A DNA stretch of 64,000 nucleotides from an uncultured Clostridiaceae bacterium (GCA_948356915.1 CAOJCG010000004.1:32163-96162), one strand, 5' to 3'; counted from the first letter of the stretch, positions 10,869 to 21,540 are shown. The notes: a model not told the origin generated them from the sequence alone. Translations and numbers: made by a program.

Positions 10869-11216
10869 ATGAGACCAGAAGATATAATAATAGCACCTGT
10901 TATAACAGAAAAAAGTAATGATAGTATGCAAGAAGGTAAATATACTTTCGAAGTAAACAAAAAAGCTACAAAAGTTGATATTGCAAACGCAGTAGAAAAA
11001 CTATTTGAAGTAAAAGTAATAAAAGTAAACACAGTTACTGTAAAAGGTAAAACAAAAAGAATGGGAAGATATGAAGGAAAAACATCAGACTGGAAAAAAG
11101 CAATCGTAACAATTGATACAAACCCAGGAGAAAAAACATATCTTGCAAAAGGCGGAAAAGCTACAAAAATGACTAAGAAATATAAAGATTCAATAGATGA
11201 ATTTATGGGAGCTTAG
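10869..11216 (+). CDS. rplW: 50S ribosomal protein L23 (with an atypical ~20 aa C-terminal extension)
   Basis: 115 aa; L23 core up to WKKAIVT, then [34 protein letters not shown]. Confidence 0.85.
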   Translation: MRPEDIIIAPVITEKSNDSMQEGKYTFEVNKKATKVDIANAVEKLFEVKVIKVNTVTVKGKTKRMGRYEGKTSDWKKAIVTIDTNPGEKTYLAKGGKATKMTKKYKDSIDEFMGA

Positions 11217-11220
11217 AAAT

Positions 11221-11409
11221 ATGATTAATTATAAACCAATAAATCCACATGGATTAAGTATAGGAATATGCAAAGACTGGAATTCTGAATGGTATAAAAA
11301 CGAAGATATATCACAAGAAATAGATATTAATCTTGAAAGCGTAAAAAACAATCCTAAATCTCCTATAAATAAAATTGGAAAAGTAAAAGATTGGGATGAA
11401 GAAAGATAA
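11221..11409 (+). CDS. Small ORF encoding a diverged copy of the N-terminus of ribosomal protein S3 (paralogous fragment or pseudogene)
   Basis: MINYKPINPHGLSIGICKDWNSEWYKNEDISQEIDINLE aligns with the rpsC start [39 protein letters not shown]. Shares the nucleotide 14-mer ccacatggattaag with rpsC. Confidence 0.4.
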   Translation: MINYKPINPHGLSIGICKDWNSEWYKNEDISQEIDINLESVKNNPKSPINKIGKVKDWDEER

Positions 11410-11590
11410 AAGTTATCGAGAAATAACTCGGAAAACAAAGAATATCTGCTAATACGAGGCAGGAAAAGAAAACCGTAAATAAAATTAGAAGTTAGCTGTA
11501 GGGGGCTTAATCAGTCAGGAATACTTAAGAGAATTTACCGAATTACGCCCATAAAATGCAAAACTTCCATAAAAAGGAGAGAAAAACAAA

Positions 11591-12418
11591 ATGGGAATGA
11601 AACATTTTAGACCAACAACTCCATCACTAAGAAACATGACAGTTTCTACATTTGATGAAATAACAAAGAAAACTCCTGAAAAATCTTTATTAACAGTAAA
11701 GAAAGAAAAAGCAGGAAGAAACTCATATGGTAGAATAACTGTACGCCATCAAGGTGGAGGAAACAGACAAAAATATAGAATAATTGATTTTAAAAGAAAT
11801 AAAGACGATATGAACGCTACAGTAATAGGAATCGAATACGATCCAAACAGAAGTGCAAATATCGCATTAATCGAATATGAAGATGGAACAAAATCTTACA
11901 TATTAGCACCAGTAGGGTTAACAGACGGAGATAAAGTAGTATCTGGACAAAAAGTAGATATAAAACCAGGTAACTGTATGCCAATAGAAAGCATACCAGT
12001 AGGTACATTAATACACAATATCGAATTAAACCCAGGTCAAGGTGGAAAAATGGTTAGAGCAGCAGGTCAAGAAGCTCAATTAATGGCTAAAGAAGGAAAA
12101 TATGCTCACGTAAGACTTCCATCAGGAGAAATGAGATTAGTTCTAGCAAGATGTAGAGCAACAATCGGAACAGTTGGAAACACAGACCATGAAAATGTAA
12201 AAATAGGAAAAGCAGGAAGAACAAGACATATGGGAATACGTCCAACAGTTAGAGGTTCTGTAATGAACCCAGTAGATCACCCACATGGTGGTGGTGAAGG
12301 TAGAGCACCAGTAGGACACGCAGGACCAATGACACCTTGGGGTAAACCAGCTCTAGGATACAAGACAAGAAAGAAAAATAAACAATCAAACAAAATGATA
12401 GTTAAGAGAAGAAAATAG
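11591..12418 (+). CDS. rplB: 50S ribosomal protein L2
   Basis: 275 aa, canonical L2. Confidence 0.95.
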   Translation: MGMKHFRPTTPSLRNMTVSTFDEITKKTPEKSLLTVKKEKAGRNSYGRITVRHQGGGNRQKYRIIDFKRNKDDMNATVIGIEYDPNRSANIALIEYEDGTKSYILAPVGLTDGDKVVSGQKVDIKPGNCMPIESIPVGTLIHNIELNPGQGGKMVRAAGQEAQLMAKEGKYAHVRLPSGEMRLVLARCRATIGTVGNTDHENVKIGKAGRTRHMGIRPTVRGSVMNPVDHPHGGGEGRAPVGHAGPMTPWGKPALGYKTRKKNKQSNKMIVKRRK

Positions 12419-12420
12419 AA

Positions 12421-12545
12421 TAAGTTAGAAATTAGAAGTCAGAAGTCAGAATGAAATGCATTGTATGGGCGACTAGTAGTCGTCCGCACTTCCAAGGGAA
12501 TACCCTAAATTCCGACATCCGACATCAAATTTTCGACACACAACT
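12421..12545. repeat. Heptamer-armed hairpin element (AGAAGTC arrays / TGTAKGGGCGAC hairpin core / inverted GACATCC arrays)
   Basis: agaagtcagaagtcagaa - tgaaatgcattgtatgggcgactagtagtcgtccgcacttccaagggaataccctaaa - ttccgacatccgacatc. Confidence 0.7.
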
Positions 12546-12583
12546 TTTAAAATTAATCAAAAGGGAAAGGAGAAAATTAAAAC

Positions 12584-12859
12584 ATGTCAAGATCAAGCAA
12601 AAAAACTCCATTCATTGCACCAGAATTAATGAAAAGAATTGAAGCAATGAACGAAACAGGAGCTAAAGAAGTATTAAAAACATGGTCAAGAGCTTCTACT
12701 ATATACCCTCAAATGGTAGGACACACAATAGCTGTTCATGATGGTAGAAAACATGTACCTGTTTATATAACAGAAGAAATGATAGGTCATAAATTAGGAG
12801 AATTTGCTCCAACAAGAACTTTCAAAGGTCATGCAGGAGAAAAAACAACTAAAAAATAA
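12584..12859 (+). CDS. rpsS: 30S ribosomal protein S19
   Basis: 91 aa. Confidence 0.95.
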   Translation: MSRSSKKTPFIAPELMKRIEAMNETGAKEVLKTWSRASTIYPQMVGHTIAVHDGRKHVPVYITEEMIGHKLGEFAPTRTFKGHAGEKTTKK

Positions 12860-12864
12860 ATAAT

Positions 12865-12960
12865 AGTGATACCCCCGCGCGGGACATATCTTGTCACGGG
12901 AGAAATGACCTTAGGGAAAGATGTGTCCCCGTCAGGAACTTAAACAAGATAGAATAAAAC
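12865..12960. repeat. GGGACATATCTT...AAGATGTGTCCC hairpin repeat (family G), copy between rpsS and rplV
   Basis: cccgcgcgggacatatcttgtcacgggagaaatgaccttagggaaagatgtgtccccgtcaggaacttaaacaagataga. Near-identical copies lie at 14915-15000, 15340-15525 (x2), 17875-17995, 18555-18720 (x2), 25742-25850 and 56163-56350 (x2). Confidence 0.75.
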
Positions 12961-13022
12961 ACAAAAAAAGTTAGGAACAAATTAAAATTTCTAACATCCA
13001 ATTAAACAAGGAGGGAAAAAAC

Positions 13023-13382
13023 GTGGAAAACCAAGAAGTTATAATACCAGAAGCAGTAGCAACACTTAAATATGCTAGAATTTCATCAAGAAAAGTTAAA
13101 ATAGTAGCAGATTTAATAAGAGGTAAAAATGTTGACGAAGCTTTAGCAACAGTTAAATTTACACCAAAAGTTGCATCTGAAATAATAGAAAAATTATTAA
13201 AATCAGCAATAGCAAATGCTGAAAACAACCACAATATGGCACATGAAAAATTATATGTAGCTGAAATATATGCAAATCAAGGTCCAACATTAAAAAGAAT
13301 AAGACCAGCAGCAAAAGGTTCAGCAGTTAGAATTCGTAAAAGAACAAGTCATATAACAGTGAAGTTAAGAGAAAGAGAATAA
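13023..13382 (+). CDS. rplV: 50S ribosomal protein L22 (GTG start)
   Basis: 119 aa; RBS GGAGGG. Confidence 0.9.
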   Translation: MENQEVIIPEAVATLKYARISSRKVKIVADLIRGKNVDEALATVKFTPKVASEIIEKLLKSAIANAENNHNMAHEKLYVAEIYANQGPTLKRIRPAAKGSAVRIRKRTSHITVKLRERE

Positions 13383-13389
13383 TAAATAG

Positions 13390-13560
13390 GACAGAAGTCA
13401 GAAGTCAGAAGTCAGAATGAAAGGCATTGTAGGGGCGACTATTTCTTAGCTCTTCGAGCGTTAGCGAGTTAGAGATAAGATATGCGTTAGTGTAGTCGTC
13501 CGCACTTCGAAGAAATTACCCTAAATTCCGACATCCGACATCCGATTTCCGACATCCAAA
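13390..13560. repeat. Heptamer-armed hairpin element (same family; enlarged core loop)
   Basis: (agaagtc)x3 - ...attgtaggggcgact...agtcgtccgcacttcgaagaaattaccctaaa - (tccgaca)x3. Confidence 0.7.
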
Positions 13561-13582
13561 AAACAAGGAGGGAAAACAAAAC

Positions 13583-14242
13583 ATGGGACAAAAAATGGAT
13601 CCACATGGATTAAGAGTTGGTGTAATAAAAGACTGGGACTCAAAATGGTTTGCAAATAAAAAAGATTTTGCTAACTACCTAGTAGAAGACCACAAAATCC
13701 GTGAGTATGTTAAGAAAAAATTATATGTTAGTGGAATTTCAAAAATAGAAATTGAAAGAACTGCTAAATTTGTAAAAGTTAATGTTAACACTGCAAAACC
13801 AGGATTAGTAATTGGTAAAGGTGGAAACTTAGCAGAAAACTTAAAAAATGAATTACAAAAAATGATAGGAAAAGAAGTAAACTTAAATATAGTTGAAGTT
13901 AAAGATGTTGATTTAAATGCACAATTAGTTGCAGAAAACATCGCAGGACAACTAGAAAGAAGAATTTCATTCAGAAGAGCTATGAAACAATGTATGCAAA
14001 AAACTATGAAAGCAGGTGCTTTAGGAATAAAAACTGCAGTATCTGGAAGATTAGGTGGAGCAGACATGGCTAGAACTGAATTCTATAAAGAAGGAACAAT
14101 ACCACTTCAAACATTAAGAGCTGATATAGACTATGGATTTGCAGAAGCAGATACAACATATGGAAAAATCGGTGTAAAAGTTTGGATATATAAAGGAGAA
14201 GTTCTTCCAGCTAAGAAACAAGTGGAAGGAGGAGACAAATAA
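13583..14242 (+). CDS. rpsC: 30S ribosomal protein S3
   Basis: 219 aa, [18 protein letters not shown]... Confidence 0.95.
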   Translation: MGQKMDPHGLRVGVIKDWDSKWFANKKDFANYLVEDHKIREYVKKKLYVSGISKIEIERTAKFVKVNVNTAKPGLVIGKGGNLAENLKNELQKMIGKEVNLNIVEVKDVDLNAQLVAENIAGQLERRISFRRAMKQCMQKTMKAGALGIKTAVSGRLGGADMARTEFYKEGTIPLQTLRADIDYGFAEADTTYGKIGVKVWIYKGEVLPAKKQVEGGDK

Positions 14243-14670
14243 TGCCATTAATGCCAAAAAGAACAAAATATAGAAAACAACAAAAAGGTAGAAATAGAGG
14301 AAAAGCAACAAGAGGAAATTTCGTATCAGATGGTGAATACGGACTTCAAGCAATAGAAGCAGGGTTAATTACAACAAACCAAATAGAATCAGCCCGTGTT
14401 GCTATGACTCGTTATATAAAAAGAGGTGGAAAAGTTTGGATAAAATTATTTCCAGACAAACCAATAACAAAGAAACCAGCTGAAACTCGTATGGGTAAAG
14501 GTAAAGGTGCCGTAGAATACTGGGTAGCAGCTGTAAAACCAGGTAGAGTAATGTTTGAAATAGCAGGAGTACCAGAGGAAACTGCAAGAGAAGCACTAAG
14601 ACTTGCTTCAATGAAACTATCTGTAAAAACTAAGTTTGTAAAAAAAGAAACTGAAGTAGGTGGTGAATAA
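14242..14670 (+). CDS. rplP: 50S ribosomal protein L16
   Basis: 142 aa; start overlaps the rpsC stop (TAATG). Confidence 0.95.
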   Translation: MPLMPKRTKYRKQQKGRNRGKATRGNFVSDGEYGLQAIEAGLITTNQIESARVAMTRYIKRGGKVWIKLFPDKPITKKPAETRMGKGKGAVEYWVAAVKPGRVMFEIAGVPEETAREALRLASMKLSVKTKFVKKETEVGGE

Positions 14671-14671
14671 G

Positions 14672-14875
14672 ATGAAGATAAATAAAATAAAAGAAATGTC
14701 TTCACCAGAACTAGAAAAAGAATTAGGAGAATTAAAATCAGAGCTATTCAAATTAAGATTTAGTTTAGCAACAAATGGATTAGATAATCCTATGAAAATA
14801 AAAGAAGTTAAGAAAGACATTGCAAGAATAAATACAATATTAACACAAAGAAAATTAGCAGAAAAACAAAACTAA
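14672..14875 (+). CDS. rpmC: 50S ribosomal protein L29
   Basis: MKINKIKEMSSPELEKELGELKSELFKLRF...; GTG 14660 is an alternative start. Confidence 0.85.
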   Translation: MKINKIKEMSSPELEKELGELKSELFKLRFSLATNGLDNPMKIKEVKKDIARINTILTQRKLAEKQN

Positions 14876-15011
14876 AAAATATGCGGTGGAAGGGGCTAAG
14901 CGTAGAAAAATTGACATCATTAATTCACACGTGGGGACATATCTTGTCCCAAGTGGAAATGACTTAAAATAAAGATGTGTCCCCATACCGAGGAAAGGAG
15001 ATTCATAAATC

Positions 15012-15275
15012 ATGGAAGAAAGAAATCTTCGTAAAACTTATACAGGAATTGTTAAATCAAATAAAATGGATAAAACAATAGTTGTAGCAGTAGAAACAAG
15101 TGAGAAAAACAAAACATATGGAAAAATTCAAAAAAGAACATATACATTAAAAGCTCATGATGAAAATAATGAATGTGGAATCGGAGATAAAGTAGAAGTA
15201 ATGGAAACAAGACCTTTATCAAAAGATAAAAGATTCAGACTTGTAAAAATAGTAGAAAAGGCAATTATAAAATAA
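15012..15275 (+). CDS. rpsQ: 30S ribosomal protein S17
   Basis: 87 aa. Confidence 0.95.
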   Translation: MEERNLRKTYTGIVKSNKMDKTIVVAVETSEKNKTYGKIQKRTYTLKAHDENNECGIGDKVEVMETRPLSKDKRFRLVKIVEKAIIK

Positions 15276-15339
15276 TAAAGATATTATAACGAGACATATA
15301 TTAATCCAAGAGTGATCTTAAAAGAAAAGATGAGTTCCG

Positions 15340-15525
15340 TCATAAATAATGCGAGGAACCCCGAGTGGGACAATTTAAAGAAATGAATGCCCGGCGTGGG
15401 ACATATCTTATCCTTTAAGGAATACCATGGGGAAAGATGTGTACCCGTTAGAAATTAAAAGAATAAGTAGGGAAAAGATGTGTCCCCGTCAGAAACTAAA
15501 ACAAGATAGAGAAAAGGAGGCCAGC
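15340..15525. repeat. Two tandem family-G hairpin repeats between rpsQ and rplN
   Basis: Two units, each with gggacatatctt(a/g)tc...aaagatgtgt(a/c)ccc followed by gt(c/t)agaaa(c/t)taaaa(c/g)aa. Confidence 0.7.
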
Positions 15526-15530
15526 TAAAA

Positions 15531-15899
15531 ATGGTACAACAACAAACTATATTAAAAGTAGCCGACAATACTGGTGCAAAAGAAATAATGTGCATTAGAT
15601 GTTTAGGTGGTTCATATAGAAAATATGCTAGAGTTGGAGATGTTATAGTTGCTTCTGTTAAATCAGCAACACCAGGTGGAGTTGTAAAAAAAGGTGATGT
15701 TGTAAAAGCAGTAGTAGTAAGAACAGTAAAACCAATAAGAAGAGCAGATGGATCATATGTAAGATTTGATGAAAACGCAGCAGTTATAATAAAAGAAGAT
15801 AAAAACCCAAAAGGAACACGTATATTTGGACCTGTTGCAAGAGAATTAAGAGATAAAGATTATATGAAAATATTATCATTAGCTCCAGAGGTTCTTTAA
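15531..15899 (+). CDS. rplN: 50S ribosomal protein L14
   Basis: 122 aa. Confidence 0.95.
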   Translation: MVQQQTILKVADNTGAKEIMCIRCLGGSYRKYARVGDVIVASVKSATPGGVVKKGDVVKAVVVRTVKPIRRADGSYVRFDENAAVIIKEDKNPKGTRIFGPVARELRDKDYMKILSLAPEVL

Positions 15900-16160
15900 G
15901 CTGTTAACGAAAATGTCTACTAGACATTAGAGTGTTACAGATTAAAGATGCAGGAACTTATAATTTGTTTCCGAGAGAAGCCCTTAGGCTGAAAGAGAAA
16001 TTACAAATTATTAGTTATCGCATGACTGTATAAAGAGTAGTATCTAATTAAAGATGCAAGTGAGCAAAGCGAACTTGCATACCTTAGAAAAGGCTACTTC
16101 TGACTAGCTAAAATAAAATTAAAACCTTAAAATGAAGAAAAGAAGAGGTGAAAAATAAAA

Positions 16161-16469
16161 ATGAAAATAAGAAAAGGTGACAATGTTAAAGTTTTATCAG
16201 GAAATGATAAAGGTAAAACAGGAGAAGTTTTAGAAGTAATACCAAAAACAGAAAAAATAATAGTAAAAGGTATTAATATAAGAAAAAAACATGTTAAACC
16301 AAGAAAACAAGGAGAGGAAGGCGGAATAATACCAGTAGAATGCGCTATTCACTCAAGCAAAGTAAACGTAGTTTGCCCAAAATGCGGAAAAGCTACAAGA
16401 ATTGGTTATGAAATAGAAAAAGATCAAAAAGTACGTGTTTGTAAAAAATGCAACGAAAAAATAAAATAA
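16161..16469 (+). CDS. rplX: 50S ribosomal protein L24
   Basis: 102 aa, KOW motif. Confidence 0.95.
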   Translation: MKIRKGDNVKVLSGNDKGKTGEVLEVIPKTEKIIVKGINIRKKHVKPRKQGEEGGIIPVECAIHSSKVNVVCPKCGKATRIGYEIEKDQKVRVCKKCNEKIK

Positions 16470-16494
16470 TCAGAAAAGGAGGAAAACATAGACC

Positions 16495-17034
16495 ATGGAA
16501 ACATTAAAAGAACAATACATAAACGAAGTAGTTCCAGCAATGATGAAAAAGTTTAACTATAAATCTATAATGGAAGTTCCAAAGTTAGAAAAAATAGTTT
16601 TAAACGTTGGTTTAGGAGATATAAAAGACAATCCAAAATCATTAGAGAATGCTATGAATGATATAAAATTAATTACAGGTCAATCACCAATCATAACAAA
16701 AGCAAAAAAAGCTATAGCTGCTTTTAAAATAAGAGAAGGTGTAAATATGGGATGTAAAGTTACATTAAGAAGTGGAAAAATGTATGATTTCGCATACAAA
16801 CTATTTAATGTAGCACTTCCAAGAGTTAGAGATTTTAGAGGAGTATCAAAAAATTCATTTGATGGTAGAGGAAATTACTCTATGGGTGTTAAAGAACAAC
16901 TAATATTCCCTGAAATCGAATATGACAAAGTAGATAAAGTAAGAGGTATGGATATAATCTTCGTTACAACAGCAAAAACAGACGAAGAAGCAAGAGAATT
17001 ACTAACATTATTAGGAATGCCTTTTAAAGCATAG
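16495..17034 (+). CDS. rplE: 50S ribosomal protein L5
   Basis: 179 aa. Confidence 0.95.
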   Translation: METLKEQYINEVVPAMMKKFNYKSIMEVPKLEKIVLNVGLGDIKDNPKSLENAMNDIKLITGQSPIITKAKKAIAAFKIREGVNMGCKVTLRSGKMYDFAYKLFNVALPRVRDFRGVSKNSFDGRGNYSMGVKEQLIFPEIEYDKVDKVRGMDIIFVTTAKTDEEARELLTLLGMPFKA

Positions 17035-17185
17035 AAGATAGAAGTCAGAAGTCAGAAGTCAGAAGTCAGAATAGTGTAAATATTAAAATGAGATTGTAGG
17101 GGCTTTTCATCGCTCTTAATTACTTCGAAAAAATTACCATAAATTCCGACATCCAACATCAGACATCCGACAGAAGAAAGGAGAA
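17035..17185. repeat. Heptamer-armed hairpin element (same family)
   Basis: (agaagtc)x4 - ...attgtaggggc...cttcgaaaaaattaccataaa - ttccgacatccaacatcagacatccgaca. Confidence 0.7.
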
Positions 17186-17190
17186 AGCCA

Positions 17191-17376
17191 ATGGCTAAAA
17201 AATCTTTAAAAGTAAAACAACAAAGAGATCAAAAATATAAGACAAGAGAATACAATAGATGTAAAATTTGTGGAAGACCACATGCTTATATTAGAAAATT
17301 TGGTATATGCCGTGTATGCTTTAGAGAATTAGCACATAAAGGTGAAATACCAGGAGTTAAAAAAGCAAGTTGGTAA
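17191..17376 (+). CDS. rpsN: 30S ribosomal protein S14 type Z (zinc-binding)
   Basis: 61 aa with CKICGRPH...CRVCFRE. Confidence 0.95.
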   Translation: MAKKSLKVKQQRDQKYKTREYNRCKICGRPHAYIRKFGICRVCFRELAHKGEIPGVKKASW

Positions 17377-17408
17377 AATAGAAGCAAGAAAAGGAGGGAA
17401 AAAAGTTA

Positions 17409-17807
17409 ATGAATACAACTGATCCAATAGCAGATATGCTAACAAGAATAAGAAATGCAAACAGTTCAAAGCATAAAACAGTTGATATCCCAGCATCAAA
17501 TATGAAAAAGGCAATAGCTAAAATATTATTTGAAGAAGGATATATAAAATCATTTGAAGAAATAAAAGATGATACTCAAGGAGTTATCAGAATAACAATA
17601 AAATATGATGAAAAAGGTGTTAGAGTAATCGATGGAATAAAAAGAATTAGTAAACCAGGATTAAGAGTATATGCATCTAAAGACGAATTACCACAAGTAC
17701 TAAATGGTTTAGGAATTGCTTTAATATCTACATCAAAAGGAATAAAAACAGATAAACAAGCAAGAGCCGAAGGTTTAGGAGGAGAAGTCCTAGCTTATGT
17801 TTGGTAA
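17409..17807 (+). CDS. rpsH: 30S ribosomal protein S8
   Basis: 132 aa. Confidence 0.95.
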   Translation: MNTTDPIADMLTRIRNANSSKHKTVDIPASNMKKAIAKILFEEGYIKSFEEIKDDTQGVIRITIKYDEKGVRVIDGIKRISKPGLRVYASKDELPQVLNGLGIALISTSKGIKTDKQARAEGLGGEVLAYVW

Positions 17808-18012
17808 TGTAATAAAAGGGAGAATACTATAACTATTTGAACATTAATTCATAAGGGAGGGTACAGGATTTTAAGAACCTAAACCCCGCGTAGAACATAT
17901 CTTGTCACAGAAGAAATGACCATAAGAAAAGATGTGCCCTCATCAGAAACTATAAGAATTAGTGTTAAAGGTAAGGTGTCCCCTGACATTAGAAAAAGGA
18001 GGGAAAACTAAA

Positions 18013-18552
18013 ATGTCAAGAATAGGAAACAAACCTATTACTGTACCAGAAGGTGTAGAAGTAAAATTAGATGGTATGCACTTAACAGTAAAAGGACCTA
18101 AAGGAACATTAGAAAGAGAAATTCATAAAAATATGACTGTTTCAATAGATGGAAATGTTATAACAATAACAAGACCAAATGATGAACCAGAAAATAGAAG
18201 TTTACATGGATTAACAAGAACATTAATACATAACATGATAGAAGGTGTTCTAAACGAATACAAAAAAGAATTACAAATAGTTGGTGTTGGATATAGAGCA
18301 CAATTACAAGGGAAAAAATTAGTAATGAATTTAGGATATTCTCATCCAGTAGAAATGGATGCTCCAGAAGGAATTACATTTGAAGTTCCAAATGCAAACA
18401 CAATTATAGTAAGAGGAATAGATAAAGAAGTAGTTGGTCAAACAGCAGCAGTTGTAAGAACAAAAAGACCACCAGAAGTTTACCATGGAAAAGGTATTAA
18501 ATATTCTGATGAACATATTAGAAGAAAAGAAGGTAAAGCTGGTAAAAAATAA
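18013..18552 (+). CDS. rplF: 50S ribosomal protein L6
   Basis: MSRIGNKPITVPEGVEVKLDG...; RBS AAAGGAGGG. The longer ORF from 17962 runs through a repeat element and is not used. Confidence 0.9.
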   Translation: MSRIGNKPITVPEGVEVKLDGMHLTVKGPKGTLEREIHKNMTVSIDGNVITITRPNDEPENRSLHGLTRTLIHNMIEGVLNEYKKELQIVGVGYRAQLQGKKLVMNLGYSHPVEMDAPEGITFEVPNANTIIVRGIDKEVVGQTAAVVRTKRPPEVYHGKGIKYSDEHIRRKEGKAGKK

Positions 18553-18554
18553 TA

Positions 18555-18720
18555 GTTAGAACCCCGCGCGGGACAATTTAAAGAACCAAATACTCGGCGT
18601 GGGACATATCTTGTCACGGAAGACATGACCATAGGAAAAGATGTGTACCCGTTAGAAATCAAAAGAATGAGTATTAGGGAAAGATGTGTCCCCGTCAGGA
18701 ACTTAAACAAGATACATTTA
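18555..18720. repeat. Two tandem family-G hairpin repeats between rplF and rplR
   Basis: ccccgcgcgggacaatttaaag...gtgggacatatcttgtcacggaagacatgaccataggaaaagatgtgtaccc...gggaaagatgtgtccccgtcaggaacttaaacaagata. Confidence 0.7.
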
Positions 18721-18757
18721 AATTGGCAAAAACTAATTTAAGAAAGGAGAAAAGACT

Positions 18758-19117
18758 ATGATTACTAAAATAGATAGAAAGCTTACAAGAGAAAGAAGAC
18801 ATATTAGAGTTCGCAGAAAAATAAGTGGAACAAGTGAATGTCCAAGACTATGTGTATATAGAAGTAATAAAAACCTATTTGTACAAATAGTAGATGATGT
18901 TAAGCAAACTACATTAGTAAGTGCATCAACACTTGATAAAGAAGTAAAAACAAAGCATGCAAATAAAGAAGCTGCAAAAGAAGTAGGAGCTTTAATTGCG
19001 AAAAGAGCTTTAGAAAAAAATATAAAAAATGTTGTTTACGACAGAGGTGGATACGTATACCACGGTGTAGTAAAAGAACTAGCAGAAGCTGCAAGAGAAG
19101 CAGGACTAGAGTTCTAA
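18758..19117 (+). CDS. rplR: 50S ribosomal protein L18
   Basis: 119 aa. Confidence 0.95.
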   Translation: MITKIDRKLTRERRHIRVRRKISGTSECPRLCVYRSNKNLFVQIVDDVKQTTLVSASTLDKEVKTKHANKEAAKEVGALIAKRALEKNIKNVVYDRGGYVYHGVVKELAEAAREAGLEF

Positions 19118-19253
19118 AAAAATAAAATAAAGGAATGTAGGGGCACCGTTTGTGGGAATACCACTTTGGAAATGACACCACTGTGCCCAAGGTAGAAGAT
19201 ATATATAATTCTATAATTTCTAATATCCAAAACAGAAAAGGAGGAAAATAAAA

Positions 19254-19745
19254 GTGCAAACAGAAAATACATCTGAATTAAAAGAAAAAGTAGTTGCTAT
19301 TAACAGAGTTGCAAAAGTTGTTAAAGGTGGTAGAACATTCAGATTTAGTGCTGTAGTTGTAGTTGGAGACGAAGCTGGACACATTGGTGTTGGTAACGGA
19401 AAAGCAGCAGAAGTTCCAGATGCAATCAAAAAAGCAATAGAAGAAGCTAAAAAGAATTTAATAGAAGTTCCAGTAGTAGGAACAACAATACCACATGAAT
19501 ATCTTGGAAAATTTGGTAGTGCTACAGTAATGCTAAAACCAGCAGCAGAAGGTACAGGACTTATAGCAGGTGGTAGCGTAAGACCAGTTCTAGAACTTGC
19601 AGGTTACAAAGATATTCGTACAAAAGTACTAGGAACAAACAATCCAAGAAACGTAGTATATGCTACAATAGAAGGATTAAAGAAAATGCAAACAATAGAG
19701 CAAGTAGCTAAAAAAAGAGGAAAAAAAGTAGAAGAAATATTATAA
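19254..19745 (+). CDS. rpsE: 30S ribosomal protein S5 (GTG start)
   Basis: 163 aa. Confidence 0.9.
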   Translation: MQTENTSELKEKVVAINRVAKVVKGGRTFRFSAVVVVGDEAGHIGVGNGKAAEVPDAIKKAIEEAKKNLIEVPVVGTTIPHEYLGKFGSATVMLKPAAEGTGLIAGGSVRPVLELAGYKDIRTKVLGTNNPRNVVYATIEGLKKMQTIEQVAKKRGKKVEEIL

Positions 19746-19774
19746 TTTTTTAACAAGGAGGTGTAATCTCAGAA

Positions 19775-20209
19775 ATGAAATTAGACGAATTAAAACCAGC
19801 GCAAAAAACAGAAAGCAAGAAAAGAGTAGGACGTGGAATAGGTTCAGGTCTAGGAAAAACATCTGGTAGAGGTCATAAAGGACAAAAAGCAAGATCAGGT
19901 GGCGGAGTTAGACGTGGATTTGAAGGTGGTCAAACACCACTATATAGAAGATTACCAAAAAGAGGATTTACAAATATACACGCTAAAAACTATACAGAAG
20001 TAACTTTAACAATGCTTAATAAAGCTACAACTGAAGAAGTTACAGCTGAAAGCCTAATAGCAGATGGAATCATTTCAAAAGCAAATGATGGAATAGTAAT
20101 CCTTGCAACAGGTACTTTAGACAAAAAATTAACTGTTAAAGCTGTAAGATTCACTAAAAAAGCTAAAGAGACAATCGAAGCTTTAGGTGGAAAGACAGAG
20201 GTGATTTAG
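19775..20209 (+). CDS. rplO: 50S ribosomal protein L15. No L30 gene lies between rpsE and rplO.
   Basis: 144 aa, Gly/Arg-rich N-terminus. Only 29 bp separate the rpsE stop from the rplO start. Confidence 0.95.
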   Translation: MKLDELKPAQKTESKKRVGRGIGSGLGKTSGRGHKGQKARSGGGVRRGFEGGQTPLYRRLPKRGFTNIHAKNYTEVTLTMLNKATTEEVTAESLIADGIISKANDGIVILATGTLDKKLTVKAVRFTKKAKETIEALGGKTEVI

Positions 20210-21526
20210 TTGTTTAAAACATTAAAAAATGCTTTAAAAACACCAGATGTTAGAAAAAGATTAATGTACACATTAATTCTAATAGTAGTGTTTAGATTAG
20301 GATGTTATATAACTGTACCTGGAGTAAATTCATTCCAGTTAGCAGAAGCTTTTAGTGGGCAAGGAATAGGGTCATTAATAGACTTAATCTCAGGAGGAGC
20401 TTTCTCAAGATTATCTATATTTGCAATGTCAATTAGCCCATATATCACAGCTTCAATTGTTATTCAATTACTAGCAATGGTAATACCAGCACTAGAAAGA
20501 TTAACAAAAGAAGGTGGAGAAGAAGGTAGAAGCAAAATAAACCGTTATACAAAAATGCTTACAGTAGTACTAGCATTAGTAGAAGGTTTAGGAATATACC
20601 TATCATATAAAAATTCAGGAATATTCATAAATTCAGAATTTATAACAGGTTTAACAGTAGTTATTTCATTAATGGCAGGAACAGCAATATTAATGTGGCT
20701 TGGAGACCAAATAACAAACAAAGGAATTGGTAATGGAATATCAGTAATTATCTTTGTTGGTATTATAGCAGGACTTCCAAGTGCAGTAACAACAATATGG
20801 AATTTAATATTCACAGCAGTAGGTTTCTCAACAACAGGACTTCTTACTGCGATAGGAATAATAATAGGTGCTATTTTGTTAGTAGCAGGAGTTGTATTTG
20901 TACAACAAGCAGAACGTAGAGTACCAGTGCAATATTCAAAAAGAGTTGTAGGAAGAAAAATGGTAGGGGCACAAAATACACATATACCATTAAAACTTGT
21001 AATGGCAGGTGTAATGCCAGTAATCTTTGCAAGTAGTTTTATGACATTCCCAGCAATGATTATTCAAATGTTTGTAAGTGACATAGCTACAAAAACAGGT
21101 TTCTGGGCAGGAGTATATAAATTCTCAATTGCAACATCAACATCAAATGTTCCTGTTGGGTATTCAATAGCAAATGCAATAGTGTACTTACTATTAATAT
21201 TAGGATTCACATACTTCTATACTTATGCTACATTCAATCCAGCAGAAGTATCAAACAATATAAAGAAAAATGGTGGATTCATACCAGGAATAAGAGCTGG
21301 AAAACCAACAACAGAATATTTATCATCAATAATATCAAAAATAACATTATTTGGTGGAATATTCTTATCAGTAATAGCAGTAATACCAATGTTATTAAGG
21401 TTTACAACACTAAATCTAGCATTTGGAGGAACATCAATATTAATCGTAGTTGGTGTAGCTTTAGAAACAGTACAACAATTAGAATCACAATTAGTAATGA
21501 GACATTACAAAGGATTCTTAGAATAA
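20210..21526 (+). CDS. secY: Preprotein translocase subunit SecY (TTG start)
   Basis: 438 aa, 10 TM, canonical SecY. Confidence 0.95.
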   Translation: MFKTLKNALKTPDVRKRLMYTLILIVVFRLGCYITVPGVNSFQLAEAFSGQGIGSLIDLISGGAFSRLSIFAMSISPYITASIVIQLLAMVIPALERLTKEGGEEGRSKINRYTKMLTVVLALVEGLGIYLSYKNSGIFINSEFITGLTVVISLMAGTAILMWLGDQITNKGIGNGISVIIFVGIIAGLPSAVTTIWNLIFTAVGFSTTGLLTAIGIIIGAILLVAGVVFVQQAERRVPVQYSKRVVGRKMVGAQNTHIPLKLVMAGVMPVIFASSFMTFPAMIIQMFVSDIATKTGFWAGVYKFSIATSTSNVPVGYSIANAIVYLLLILGFTYFYTYATFNPAEVSNNIKKNGGFIPGIRAGKPTTEYLSSIISKITLFGGIFLSVIAVIPMLLRFTTLNLAFGGTSILIVVGVALETVQQLESQLVMRHYKGFLE

Positions 21527-21540
21527 AAATAAACAATAAA

